Positions 27,085 through 40,800 are shown, counted from the stretch's first letter. The stretch is DNA of 64,000 bases from Tubiluchus corallicola (GCA_030141605.1 JAQGDQ010000051.1:496001-560000), one strand, 5' to 3'. Numbers and translations: made by a program. Notes: generated by a model not told the origin, from the letters alone.

Positions 27085-28460
27085 GTATGTTTTTCAAAAA
27101 GTAAACTGATTTATTTATTCATTTACCACAAACAATACATTTACGTTACAAGCAAAAATTGAGGGACTAACTTTAATCACTGGGATTTGGATTCTCCAAA
27201 CATCTGAAAAAGGATGAAGTTTACCAGTACATAACAATCAGACAGTAGTTATATATTCAAATATATCGTTTAGTTCTATGTTACTTAAAAAACTGAAGTT
27301 AATATCTTCATTGGCATCTAAAATAGCTAAAAAAAGTGTACAGTATTTGTTTTATCGTTATCCGAGTATAATTGGGTTTACTGATACCTTTTAAAACTCC
27401 TTTCAAATCCGAATTGTCATATTTCAGCACTGCGAACATTGGTATCCCCCACCTTCTCAATTTTGGTTTTTGCCCCAATGAAAATTTTTCCTTTATGCAA
27501 ATGGCTCATGTTCAGCCATACACATCAACTCGACCTGATCTAGCCACATGCCAAAGATTGTGGCTCTAGCTCAAAAACTGTAGGAGGAGATCCAAAAACT
27601 GTAGGGCAACGGAAAAAATCAAGAAACCCCAACACTCGCAGATAACATGTTGCATTCAAACACAAGTCCCCCTACCTTGGGAATATACCCTTCGAGTTTT
27701 GTCACCCTGTGCATGTGTGAGTCATTATAGAAACAAAAAGGTACAAATAATAATAATAAACACGAGCAAATCAAGCAGACTCTGCTGTAAAACAATCTTA
27801 ATAAAATGCCTAACTCTGTAAATGTTGTTTACATTTTTTTCAGTTTCTGACCGAGTCAGAAACATTGTCAACTAGTTTCATAGGTAAAACTTGTGTAGTG
27901 TCTACTATAATTGCATCTGTCAACTCATTAATTAATTGGTGTGACTGCCATTTTTACACTTGAACATAAATAAAACAAAAGAAATTATTATTGACTTTTG
28001 AATTACTAAAGGACCCATAGCCTTCTCATTATTAAAGACGTGTTTATGAAAAAATGTTTTTGGGAAAACGATAAGGAAGTATATGCACTGCTGTGTGACA
28101 CTGACAACGAAACACAAAGTTTAACAAATTTTGAGGTTCCAATTTCTAGTTTATAATAGGGCTAAATAAATGCTTATCCGAAGCTGCCTTGACATAATGA
28201 TTGTATAGTGTAGTCCTAACATGTCATTTTAATAATCTCATCTAGGCCTAAAATGAACGTTGCACCCATTCTAAGCATGCATGCAACAGTGAAAGATTAT
28301 CAAAATTTGGTTTTTAAGGTAACTTTAAACAAAAAGTCCTTGCCTGTAAGACATTATTTGAAAAAAAATTATAATTGCCTTTGCAACATTTTAGAAGTAG
28401 GTCATTTTGAACTCTAGTCCAAAATTGAGTACTGTTTATTTAAAGGAAAAACATGTGATT

Positions 28461-29298
28461 AACTGTCTTTGCTACTTAATCACGTGTTTGTCCTTTAAAT
28501 AAATTATGGGTAACTAATATGCAACAACAAATTTAGCACATCGGCTCTCACATTTTTGCTTATACTATTTGAAGCGACTGATTAGTATTAAAGCCTTTTT
28601 ACCATAGTTTGCTGTTAGAGAGACTGTAAATACTACAGGCATGATCTGTTGAACTGATAATTCAAAGAAATGAAAATATGCTTCCAATGAATATGTAATG
28701 CTGATTTTAGAACTGATTTAATTGGTGAAACAGTACTAACCCTGATGACTGACTAATATGTAAATATGTTTGTAAAGTGTCTATGTAAATACTTTTGAGT
28801 TGTTATTGCGCTCGTAACTTAGTCTAATCTGTTGACAAAAAATTAGACACTTTATTAAAAAAATAAACAATTTAGGAAAAATAGGCATGTTAATTTAAGG
28901 AAAATGCATACCTATTTTTTAGAATGTATAATAATAAAGATGATTTTAATTTTCAAGTATGGAAAGTAAATAAGTGCGTCTTAAATTTGTAAGTAGTAAA
29001 TACTTTTAAATAACTGTCGTTCAGGCATATTTTGTCGTACAGTGTAGTTACGATGTAGCAACTGCAATACAAATCTGACGAAGCCGACAGTTAGCCTTCC
29101 TTGCCCTGGCACCTTGCAGAGGGCACTAAATTTCAATACATAATACTTTAGCGTGTTACTTTGCTGATGCGTTGATTTTTGGCTAAAATCGTATTTTCCC
29201 CAGCAACTGTCTTTGCTACTTAATCACGTGTTTTTCCTTTAAATAAATTATGGGTAACTAATATGCAACAACAAATTTAGCACATCGGCTCACACATT
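28461..29298 (+). repeat. Duplicated intronic segment bounded by ~90-bp direct repeats
   Basis: 28461-28555 recurs at 29205-29298. 28571-29232 recurs nearly identically at 36310-36984, and a piece recurs at 35380-35510. Confidence 0.85.
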
Positions 29299-29349
29299 AT
29301 TTGTATTATTTATGTTCTTTTTATAATTTTATTTGCTTTTAAATCACAG

Positions 29350-29457
29350 AAATGGGACAGATATAGATCTAATTGAACAGTTTCAACAGTATGATATGTC
29401 TTTAAAAGCTGAAGATGGAGTTGACTCAATTTCTGATCAGCCTAATAATTGCGTAAG
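29350..29457 (+). CDS. FHOD: FHOD coding exon 9
   Basis: Acceptor CACAG; NGTDIDLIEQFQQYDMSLKAEDGVDSISDQPNNCV; donor AAG|GTAATC; phase 2/2. Confidence 0.85.
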
Positions 29458-30058
29458 GTAATCACTATATACCACTAATAACTGCTCACTGTAAAAATAT
29501 AAATGCACTATTTTAAGTTAGTTTTTTATGATTGGAATGAATACATAAAGTTGTTCAAATAATTCTCGTTTAAATTTTTAGCTTTCTTGGTATACCAGGT
29601 GTCTTCGTTGTTTGCCATAAAAATAATATATAAAATAAAGTGCTTCCTATCTGACAGAAAATGTATACAAGACATTCTTGCAGCAGAATGCTTATATTAT
29701 TGTGATTAAGAGATCCAAGGAAGAATTTTACTATATTAGCCTACATAGATATTGGTGATTTGGAACACAACTGTTATTTGAATGCCCTCTGTTGTTTCTT
29801 TTTATGCCCCCTCCAAGGCCTTTATATTGCAGTTTATAACGGCAATATAGAATTGATATTTTTGTGCCTTGAATTGCCTTTATATTGTGAAAATTGGTCT
29901 TACCATGCTACGTGCAATGGCAGTTAAATTTCATTAAGACCGCTTAGATTCAAATTGAGTTTCCCTGTATGTCCTGTATTTACTAATTATATTTGTGCTT
30001 GTGATTTTTAAACATTAACTATACTTCAGTTATCAATTGTCATGAGTTTCTTTATTAG

Positions 30059-30205
30059 GAAGGTACCTCGCAGTAGAAAAGATGGACAGTTAAGTGCAAC
30101 TAACACCACCGAGAGGAGAAAGAGCAAGCGTCATTCTGCAGGTTATAGGGATATTTCTCCAAGCCCATCACGTCACAATTTTTTGGACATTAGCGCTAAA
30201 AGAAG
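30059..30205 (+). CDS. FHOD: FHOD coding exon 10
   Basis: Acceptor TTTATTAG; KVPRSRKDGQLSATNTTERRKSKRHSAG...SAKR; donor GTGATA; phase 2/2. The RRKSKRHS motif resembles the basic motif after FH3 in FHODs. Confidence 0.75.
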
Positions 30206-31799
30206 GTGATATAAATTATTTAAATTTATAGCTTAATAATCTGACAAATTTTTCTGAGTTTTCTGACAAACAAATATTTTTATAGCATCAGTATTCATTG
30301 ATGGTGTAGTAATTTTTATGTTTTAACTTAAGTAATGCCAGAATTTGTTTCTTGTGTAAAATGCAAGTGCTGGAATCTAGTGTTTTCAGCCAGAGAAAAT
30401 GAGAAAAACAAACTTTGTATAATAAGATGAATATCTGCATTTTCATTAACTTACATTTTATTTCACAACTAATATATTTAGGCAAGTTTAAAATGCAAAA
30501 CTGACCAAGTGCTTAGGTAAAAGAGTCCAGCATGATGTCAGTACAAACACTGATGCAAGCGAGACAAGTGCTAAAATTTCGCTCTACGAAAAGCCAGCTC
30601 TAAGCCAAATACTGCAGAGATTTGTAAAGCTATATCCCTGCTAATACAATAGATGTAAGTGCACTCAGTATCATGTGAGGACATTACCAATTGTTGTGAC
30701 TACCTCTGTTTATGTATTTCTTCAACATTGGAATAATCTTGTACAAACGTAGCATTTAATGTCAGCTGATGTCAAAACATATAGTATGACGCATTCTACT
30801 AAAGAATCAGAATAGATGTTTGTATTGTTGGAAAAACCTGACAAGGAATATGATGAAAAATTTGCTGGATTATGTCAGTTGTTTTTGGCGAAGGATAGAT
30901 CTAACTTAACATATTAAACTTAACGTCAAGTAAAGTCACTCGTTGGATTAGAGTCAAAATTTAAAGTTGTTAAAAGTGACTCAATCAAAATGAAACTTGA
31001 TTTGCCTAAAGCCTTAGAAGGTGTAGAATATGTCATTTAGTTTGCAGAAAAAGCAATGATGGACACTGATAACAAGGGACAGTATTCCTGTCGGAATGTT
31101 GCTATTTTATGAAATTCCAGTACCAAATGAGGATGAAGACACTGTGGCACAAATGGTGGATTTCATAAGTGATTTTAAGCAGATTCAGGTTACGTGTAGT
31201 GACATAATCACAGCGCATAGTTTTCCAACTTGCTACCCATTCCACATCAGTGCTATTTATCATCACATTTTTGTCAACAGCCAAACAAAGTTTAGAGTTC
31301 AATGCTAAAAAGAAAGGTCCAGTTAATGAAGTAGGTGTCAAGTTTGGAGTTTCATTGTTTCTTATCAAATTAAATGAGTTAATTTGATGAGGCACTGGAC
31401 TTTTTCTGAGAAACTAGATCATTGGAAGAGTCTGTAGATGTAACTGAAACTGTACGAAGTTGCATAACAAGAAAGATCATCTTATTCATTTGAACACTTG
31501 CAAAGACATTCAAAAGCATATGTAAATTCACTGCAATGTATATTTGAACTATGAACTATAGGTTATAACGACCATAATTTAAATGTCTGCTATAAGTTTT
31601 CACAATTATTCTACCATTTTGCAAGTAATCTACTTGAAAACCTTTACATTATGTGTGTAACAAGAAATGTTTCGTTTGTTATACACACGAGTCGATACAA
31701 TTTAGATGTTAAAATAGGTCAAGTATTATCTCCGTTTATGTTACATTGCCACTATGCCAAAATCAGTGGACTTATCTGTGCATTTTTCATTTTTTCTTC

Positions 31800-32480
31800 T
31801 TTTAATTTACTGTAAATTTCCTGCTCTATGCTATTGAGCGAGTGCAATACGAAACTGCTTTAATTGTATCTTGTGCCGTTTTTGGCAAAAGCCATCTAAA
31901 AAAATACCAAGCAATTTATATTAGGAAAAAAGTCAGAGAGACAGTACATACATAAGCTATCACTATTTCTTAAAATAGTAAACAATGTAGTCGCGCTTGT
32001 CTTACAAATTTATTTACTCCTAGGGCCTCTGAACGAACTGATTACAGTTTGTGAAATTTAACTGCATTGTCTCTTTTTAGATGTAATTCTAACTACTTCA
32101 GTTCTTCCCTTATTGTATAAACAAACTCTCATTGCATTTAAGTAATCAGTCATCTGTAAGCAGATTTTAGCATTATCTAATTAGTTAGAAGTTTTCTTTA
32201 TCCATTTACATCTCATTATTTTTCTGGCCTGTGGTACTCGCTGTTTTAACATGTCGTTTAAGGCACGGTACAGCGCCTTAAATGAATCCTTGCATCTACA
32301 TAACCTATCGCCTTCACCTCTCTTTTCAAATTGTGGTCTATCATTGAAAACTACCACTCACTTTTTGTTGCAGTGTAATAAATACAACAATATCGGACAT
32401 ATCTTATTAATTAAAATTTATTTATTACTACTGCCACATGTTAATTTCTTACTTAGTAATAATAATAATTTATTAGCCTG
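31800..32480 (+). mobile_element. LINE ORF2 3' fragment with a decayed Cys/His knuckle
   Basis: IERVQYETALIVSC near 31833, then SALNESLHLHNLSPSPLFSNCG..KTTTHFLLQC. Confidence 0.6.
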
Positions 32481-32586
32481 ACTTCCCAGATAGCTGTTTG
32501 GCTTTACAGAGTTAAAAATACAATAAGATCACAGAACTAAAAATGTTACACTACACATGTTAAAATTACCAAATTACGTCAGGTGA

Positions 32587-32830
32587 CTAAAATTTATAGA
32601 AACAACTAAAATTTAATGATTGCGAATTACTAAACGCGTAAAAATAAAAGTGTTTTTCTTTGAGATTTAAAACAAGAAGTGTAGGAGACATTTTGACATG
32701 AAGGGGCAACTGGTTCCAAAGATGCGGAGTTGCATAAGCAAATGACCAACCATGACAAGTGGCAAGACTAATCCTTGGCACATTCAGATTGTATAGATTA
32801 CTTGATCTCAACTGCAATTTATACTAAGAT
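32587..32830 (-). mobile_element. L2/CR1-like 3' fragment
   Basis: LRSSNLYNLNVPR...SFAYATPHLWNQLPLHVK, a typical L2-type ORF2 end. Confidence 0.65.
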
Positions 32831-33662
32831 TTAGTATAAATGAACAATCAGATTTATTACTATGTGGGTCTGACATGTTTCCTGACAATGTTAATAACTT
32901 AGTTCTCTATGAAACTTAGATGTGCATATCAAAATCTGAAATACATATTTAAATAACTTGTTTCTTTTTTCTCCTTTTGCTTGTGACAACAGGAGGTATT
33001 TTGGTACTTAGAACTATTGTTTTTATTTAAGATGTATACGTTTGTATGTTTGCCAGACTTACTCAGCTAGTTTAGGTTATTTTGTATGTTTGCCTACAAA
33101 GGATATTTTACAAGTACATATTTGAAATGTTTGAAGAAATGTAATACATTGTAAAGAACGATCACAATGTTATACACCAGATTATAAACTCATGTTCTGG
33201 TAACAGGCTTTCAGTACTATGCATGCACATAAGACAAAGATGATTAATCCGGGTAAGCGATCCATGTCTATCCAATATTCAATGGATGTATGCAAACTTG
33301 TCTGTATGTAGTATTAAGATTTTTTTAATATTTCGGTCGATGTTACAACAGTACAGATTAAGTATTCTCTACAAAATTCTTGATTGGAATTTTTACATAA
33401 CAACCAGATTCAAAATACCTAAAAATATAATCATATTAACTTGTGTCCGAAATTCTTTAGTTTGAGTTTACTTCACAGCTTTATACAACACACTGATCTT
33501 ATGATCAAACTTACGAATTATAGATCCATGATCTTCTATTTATAACTGTGTTTGGCACTGATGTCACCGTTTATTTGTAATACCTAAAAACGCATGTGCA
33601 TTTTGTTCGCTTAAGTTTTGGTTATAATCATTGATCGTCTTCTTTTTAATGGAAATTTTCAG

Positions 33663-33745
33663 ATCTTCGGGTTCTGATAGCAGTGAAGCAAGTGAAATAT
33701 ATTCAGCAAAGATAAACGATAGTAGCAAGTTTAATGCCAATAAAG
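33663..33745 (+). CDS. FHOD: FHOD coding exon 11 (Ser-rich linker)
   Basis: Acceptor TTTTCAG; SSGSDSSEASEIYSAKINDSSKFNANK; donor GTTAGT; phase 2/1, which supplies the phase change needed to join the downstream exons. Confidence 0.7.
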
Positions 33746-33917
33746 GTTAGTTTTGTCCAAATAAGGTGTTTGTGTACACTTTACAGTAAGTAAGTAATTG
33801 TCATACATTAACAGTTGATGTTTTGTTTTGTATTTTATTATATTAGTACTGTTCATTTGCATTTGGCATGAATTAGCACGTATTTAATTATTGAACTAAT
33901 GCATGTTCTTTTTGCAG

Positions 33918-35024
33918 TGTTTACTAATATTGGGCCTGTGGGCACATGTCAAGTTATTTCTTCCGCAAGTACAAAGAAACCATTAATGTCAGGAAGTGAA
34001 CTCAAACATTCTGTTTGTGCACTTATGTCAGAATCAGAATTCCAGTTCATGAATGCAAGTGAATGGACTTCTAAAAAATATGCTACATTAGTAACTAATG
34101 ATAATAACTTGCCATTTACTGCCAAAAGTGTTAATGACGATAAATTACTGCAGAAAAACTCTGACAAGCCGCACACTGTGATCAATAGTGTTAAATCAGA
34201 CTGTAATGCGCTGCTAAAGCAAGACTGTGATACTGATGAAAATATTAATAATTCTCAACTACCTTGTAATGGACTTGGCATATATGATGATAAATATTTG
34301 CCAGAGTCACGGTTCAAGAAAACCCGCTTCGTATGGTCTGAGTCGTGCTTTGAAACTTTGTTGGAAAAAAAGCCTTTTTGCCAAAATGCTGCAGCTGATT
34401 CTGCATCCTCGCCTGCTTTAGTTTTTGGACGGAATAATGAAAACCTGCCAATGACTTTTGGAGACTATTGTACTAATACTAGTAGGGCTTGTGTTGAACA
34501 AAATTCAGATTTTGTTAGTGTCAGAAAATCACCCTTGACAAGTGCTATCTTATCTTGTTCAGAAACGTCAGTTGTTCCGAATGATCGTGAAGCTTTTATA
34601 AATACACATTTGTCAGCGATATCTGATAATGAATATTCTAGTCATTCTTCAAAACATGTAGATCAATTTCTTGCATACGAGTTGTATACAGATGGTGTGG
34701 AAGGCAAAACTGTGCAATTGTCACCTCCTATTGAAGAAGATAAACTTTGCGAAAGTTATCAACTGTTGTTACCAGAAAGCCAGACAAACCGGAAAGCTGA
34801 TGTTGGTGGTGACAAATATGATACTTTAAACTCCAAGCCAGATGGCACACGCTCAGAAAAATTTATCTTTAGCAATGAAAATTTGAAACCTGTTCCAAAA
34901 GATGTCTCTCTCCGGTTGTATAGCATTCAGAAGGACACAAAGTCACAGGAAGAGACTCTGACCTCTGAAGTACCACATGTAATTGATGCCTATGAGGGAC
35001 AAATACTTCTGAAGAAGGAATTAG
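33918..35024 (+). CDS. FHOD: FHOD coding exon 12, large 1107-nt linker exon (probable cassette)
   Basis: Lies within the 379-aa ORF 33899-35038. Acceptor TTTTTGCAG and donor TAG|GTAAAA are both phase 1 in that frame. The sequence is S/D/E/N-rich with no recognisable domain. Confidence 0.7.
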
Positions 35025-35574
35025 GTAAAATGAATTAACAAAATTTTCTAATTTTGCATAACATGAATTTAATTCTTAATGGCAAGATCAGTGATAAATA
35101 CTAAAAAAATCCTACAATTAACACAGTGAAAGGACACGACATTTCAGACCGCCACTGCGATTTATTGTCAGGTGGAAGAGAAGATAAATCATAAAGATAC
35201 TAAACTAATTTTTTGTGGCTTTTTTAAATTACTTACACTTAAAACAAATATACTCACATATTAAAATCACAGTGGTACAACAAATGAATCACAGAGAAAG
35301 CACAGAAGTAGAGTACAGTGTCACTGGCCGCATTCACTGTAACTGGGACAGAGAGAAAACTATTTCCTGGCCTTTCTATTCCAATGAATATGTAATGCTG
35401 ATTTTAGAACAGATTTAATTGGTGAAATAGTACTAACACTGACCTGATGACTGACTAATATGTAAATATGTTGGTAAAGTGTCTATGTAAATACTTTTGA
35501 GTTGTTATTATCTGTCATTTGTTTTTATTACTACTTTTGATTGCATGTTGTGAGATAAGCAAATAAAATAATAA

Positions 35575-36239
35575 TGTGTGTGCTTGCAATCCAAAACCAT
35601 CCACAATTTGGCACAGTTAAACTGCGTTATGATCCTTCAAAGTAGAATGCATCAAAAATTGGGTCAAATATCATTTTTTTGTTTTTTCACAAAAACAAGT
35701 GTTAAATATATTGGACTTTATGCTCTAACATTAAAATTTCAGGAAATTGCTTGCAAAATACTAAAAATTTAATTTTCTAACTCCTTACGAACTTCTCTGC
35801 TTAAAAACTAATATTGTGTTTGTCAAAAACTCATATTTTCAAACTCCAATAGTAGGTTGTGGAAACAGTCATTTTGCTTGCAGCTTTTTTCTGTTGTGAA
35901 ACCCAGATGTTTGTTAGGAAAAGCCATGTACAGGATTTAAATATAACTTCAACGTGTTCTTGCAAATCCATGGCATCCACCCATTCCTATGGTTCCTAAG
36001 CATTTTTGTAGAAGTGCAATAAAAGACAATGGCAAACTTTGGTAGTAATTTTCTCAAGATTATGTTTTTCAGTGTGCAGTGTGCACCTCAGTTTCAATGT
36101 GGATTATGTCAGATTGGAAATAACTTAGAGTGATGTGCTTGTATCAAAATAATCCTCATGAAATGGAGATTCTGGACTCTGGAACTGAAAAAAGGCTTAA
36201 TTGCCAACCTCTGAACAGTTTTGGCTTGTAATCACACAT
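35575..36239 (+). mobile_element. Same MITE family, diverged copy B
   Basis: TGTGTGCTTGCAATCCAAAACCATCCA ... CAGTTTTGGCTTGTAATCACACA; internal similarity to copy A, with a deletion. Confidence 0.75.
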
Positions 36240-36309
36240 ATATAAATTAAAGCATCAGATAAGAATTAAGTAAATATCTCAATGATCACACTAATTGCTT
36301 CTACTATGG

Positions 36310-36984
36310 GAAGCGACTGATTAGTATTAAAGCCTTTTTACCATAGTTTGCTGTTAGAGAGACTGTAAATACTACAGGCATGATCTGTTGAACTGATAAT
36401 TCAAAGAAATGAACATATGCTTCCAATGAATATGTAATGCTGATTTTAGAACAGATTTAATTGGTGAAATAGTACTAACCCTGATGACTGACTAATATGT
36501 AAATATGTTTGTAAAGTGTCTATGTAAATACTTTTGAGTTGTTATTGCACTCGTAACTTAGTCTAATCTGTTGACAAAATATTAGACTCTTTATTAAAAA
36601 AATAAACAATTTAGGAAAAAATAGGCATGTTAATTTAAGGAAAATGCATACCTAATTTTTTTAGAATGTCTAATAATAAAAATAATTATAATTTTCAAGT
36701 ATGGAAAGAAAATAAGTGCGTCTTAAATTTGTAAGTAGTAAGTGCTTTTAAATAACTGCCGTTCAGGCATATTTTGTCGTACAGTATAGTTACAATGTAC
36801 GTGAAGCAGCAACTGCAATACAAATCTGACGAAGTCGACAGTTAGCCTTCCATGCCCTGGCACCTTGCAGAGGGCACTAAATTTCAATACATAATACTTT
36901 AGCGTGTTACTTTGCTGATGCGTTGATTTTTGGCTAAAATCGTATTTTCCCCCAGCAACTGTCTTTGCTACTTAATCACGTGTT
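36310..36984 (+). repeat. Second copy of the 28571-29232 segment
   Basis: GAAGCGACTGATTAGTATTAAAGCC ... CAGCAACTGTCTTTGCTACTTAATCACGTGTT; near-identical direct repeat. Confidence 0.9.
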
Positions 36985-37400
36985 ACTATTATTTGTTTCT
37001 ATCTTAGAAACTTCACAGTTCAATTGCTTTATGACATTCAAAAAATACTATTTTCATTAGCTAATAAATGAATGAAATGGGCTCAGATGGATGAAATATT
37101 TTGCAGAATGATTGTGTTTAAGTCATTAATTTTAGTTACATCCCAGCCAAATGATAAAAATGGAGCTACACTAATTCAGTGCTTATTTTTTAGCACATTT
37201 CATAAATTGCACCTGGGGTAGCTCCATTACTATAACACCAATTTTTAATCCTTGGGACCTTTTAATACTTTTCAATCCCTGATTGCATTGTGTACAAAGT
37301 GGGAAATATTCTTTGTTGCTATTCTTGAAATAATTTTATTTAACCATATTTTATTTATTTTAAAAATATGTGCAATTATTACTTATTTTTCTTTAATTAG

Positions 37401-37544
37401 ACAAGCAGTTGCACTCCAGACTTCTTGATATGGAAGATAAGAACTCATTTAGAAAAGAAGAGAATCACTTGATGGACTGTCAAACTCCTGTTACACCTCG
37501 CCAAAAGGATTTTAGTCTAGGAATGATGTATGGAGGAAATAAAG
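37401..37544 (+). CDS. FHOD: FHOD coding exon 13
   Basis: Acceptor TTAATTAG; KQLHSRLLDMEDKNSF...SLGMMYGGNK; donor AAG|GTGAAT; phase 1/1. Confidence 0.75.
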
Positions 37545-38111
37545 GTGAATGTACTGATCTTTACTGAATTTTTTTTGTTTTGTGCTTGATACATATGTAA
37601 TTGTACTTTTAATTAAAAGAAATACTGCCACCATAGTTCGATATTAAATTATTTTTCAACAGCCATGCATAACAACAACTTTAACAGCCAATGAAAAAAA
37701 TTCAATTAGTTTTTGTATCTGAAAGCAGATAATCTGCAGCTGCAGCATGTTTGTTATACATGACTTGCTGGCTAGTTACCATTTACGTCTCACAACAATT
37801 GGAATTAAACATAGCACTTGCTAATCCTAGGTAAGTGGCTTGTAGTTGTTTGTTGCTCTGTTCGCCATGAGACCCTTGCCTAAATAAATACGCCTATACA
37901 CCTTAAGCACTGCATATTGAGTTCTCAGTCTAAATAAACTAAGGCAAATTTTTACTAGTTTCCAAATCAGTAATATTAACAAGCCCTTCTATGGAATATT
38001 TATCACTCACTGCATTGTCAGCCTCTTGCTTAAGTATTAAATGAAACAAAACTTTTTATTTTACATATTTTGTTCTGGAAAAACGAAATGTAACTTCTAT
38101 AATTATTGCAG

Positions 38112-38875
38112 GTTTCAGTAATGAAGAGTCTGAGATTGTGAATACAGCAGCTGGTCAGTCTAACTTCAGCTCTTCCAAAACAGAATCTCAAATGCCGAGC
38201 GAAAAGAGAAGAGATGGAGTGATTAAGAATTATTTAGAAAGTATTGATGAAAAATCTGCAGGTGGTGTAAAGGACTTGGCAACAAAGTTGAAAGTGGGCA
38301 TTGCAACTCCAAGCACGCCAGATGCGAAGACTCCAGGAAGATTGGGAGACTCAACAGGCTTGATTGCAAAAGCTAAAGAAAGCTTGGCTACTAGTGTCCT
38401 CTCTCCAGGAAGAGAAAAACCAAAAACACCAGAAAAGAAAAAATCTGAGGCAGATTTGCAGTGGGAGATGCTTATGAATCGGCTGAATCGTCCTTTGCGA
38501 ATTGGTGATATGGATTTCACGGACTTAGTGGAGCTGGATGATTGTGATTGCTTTAGGCCAGCCCCTTGCTCTGGAACACAACCACCTCCTCCACCCTGTG
38601 CCCCACCCTTAAATTACACGGTTTCTGCTCCTAATGTGCCTCCAGCACCACCAGACATTCCACTTCCTCCCAAAGCACCTCCATCTCTAGCAAACACAAT
38701 TCAAAAACACAAAAGAACCATCAGACTTTTTTGGAAAGAAATTCGAACCGAGTCACTACCACCCAGTGGAGAGAAATCTGACGATATGATTTGGACTGAT
38801 ATGTCACCTATACAGCTAGATACGGAAAAGTTAGAACATCTCTTTGAAAATAGAAGTAAAGATGTATTGAGCAAG
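38112..38875 (+). CDS. FHOD: FHOD coding exon 14 (FH1 poly-Pro and FH2 start)
   Basis: Acceptor TTGCAG; ...RPLRIGDMDFTDL...PPPPPCAPP...KRTIRLFWKE...LEHLFENRSKDVLSK; donor GTAAGT; phase 1/0. Confidence 0.92.
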
Positions 38876-39539
38876 GTAAGTAATTTCAATGATTGTTATG
38901 GATAATTCTCACTGGTGTCAGTGAATGATGAAATGTGAATATTCAATATCCTGCCCTCCCTGTTCTTTCTGAACAAAATAAAAAACCTGACAATTTTTTC
39001 CAATGCCTGCAATTTTCGTCAACCTGGTAAACATGTTGGCATAAATTTAATCTGGCTTCTTTTTCACAGTTTTCAGTTTTTTCTGATACAAAGTAATCGG
39101 CAATTTTACTTGTTTAACATTTTCATATTTTGCATCAACTTTCAACGTATCACAATCAGTGAATGATGAGATCTACATTTTCGGTTTGCTGTTCTTTTGA
39201 AATCAGAGCAGTTGTTAAATTTGCTTAGTATAAGCTATATTGTGGAATGTACAACAAGATAAATACTCCGAGAGTGCATATTTATGTTCACATGTTTTAT
39301 AGGTCTATTGTATATTTAATCAGAAGCCAATGAAGCCCTATCAATATTGATATTATATATCACATATATCACCTATCAGATATATTGATATTATATATGG
39401 TAAAAATGTGCCAAAGTTTAGGCTGCAGTGACACTATAAGCAAGCGCTACTCGAAGTTGAAATTCTATAACGTGATACTACAATTCATTAGGTTACGGTT
39501 GTGATAGTTAAAGTAGCTTTAGTAGTTTTTAAGTTATGG

Positions 39540-40120
39540 TGAAAAAACATTTGCTTGTTAAAAATTCAAGTGCTAGAACAATGTCAACTAATTAGCAGTT
39601 GAAAAACAGCCACATCAACGTAAGTGAAGAGCTGAATACGTGACCCCAAAACAGTAAAGAATCAACCTTTTTACATCATGATCTTACCACAGAAAAGAAG
39701 CATGGATAATGATTTGTTGCCAAGAAAACAAAGGAACTTAATCCTATGAACTACTGTATTAGGAATTCCGGAGAAAGTGCACGATGGCTGCACAGGGCCG
39801 TTTGATTTAGAGGAACTATGAGAAAAAATTATTGAGCGCTGGCTTTAAATACCTCTTAAAGAAGTAAGCAATTGCATCACTTGTTGGAAGAAACACTCAT
39901 CTACTTTGCTGTGAAAATGGTGGACAAGTGGCAGTACAGAGCACTTGCTGTAAATTTTAACAATAATGGCATTTTTTTACCTATTTGTTTGTGGAAAAAT
40001 CTAGGAGAATAACCAAAACCTTTTGGTGTTTACACGTAAGAGCTTGTAACATCAGTGTGTTAATTTTCAAGCGATTATTGAAAGTTTTTTCCCAACCTCA
40101 CTAACTTGAATAACCTTGTA
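39540..40120 (+). mobile_element. Tc1/mariner-like transposase 3' remnant
   Basis: ELNPMNYCI (decayed SPDLNP.DY.IW), then DLEEL.EKIIERW..IPLKEVSNCITCWKK; ends in AATAACCTTGTA, resembling a TIR plus TA. Confidence 0.5.
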
Positions 40121-40389
40121 TTTTTACTGTGGTTGCAAAGTGCCACATTGATAAGTTCACTGAATCACTCAACAAATGCTAATCTAGATTTTCATTATTA
40201 TATATTGTACTTTCCATCTGACAAATCCTTTTAGTAAAAGATCGATTAAATTAGTGCAGATGGTGCACATTATGAATTAGTGTGTAATTATTATAATCAT
40301 CACAAAATGTAGCTGTGTAACTTATTTAGAATATTTAATTTAATATATTAATGTAATGCCTAGCCTATTATTTTATTGTATTTCATTAG

Positions 40390-40548
40390 AAGCAAGAACA
40401 AAATGCAAAAACCAAAGTGTTAACAGTCTTGGAGTCCAAGAGGTCTAATGTGATCAACATTGGAATGACCAAGCTTCCACCTCCTAGAGCAATAAAGACT
40501 GCAATCTTAAAGATGGATCATTCTATTATTAACAAGGAAGGCCTTGAG
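40390..40548 (+). CDS. FHOD: FHOD coding exon 15 (FH2)
   Basis: Acceptor CATTAG; KQEQNAKTKVLTVLESKRSNVINIGMTKLPPPRAIKTAILKMDHSIINKEGLE; donor GTAGTA; phase 0/0. Confidence 0.92.
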
Positions 40549-40800
40549 GTAGTAATTCAAGTTTTGTTTGCTTACAGGAAACCACTTTTGAAAGTTTTCT
40601 AATTAAGAAATTATTTGGCATGTATTCATCATACACATCACATTTGATAACCGTTTTCAAGTTTTGACTTCCGTGAATTAAGCTGTTCAATTAAGAAACA
40701 AGGGAAGTGACTGTTTATGGACTCGGGACCTTCTTACAAGCACATTCTGTTTCATTGTATACACAGTGGCAGATCATTAAGCTAATAAGGTTAACAAGAA

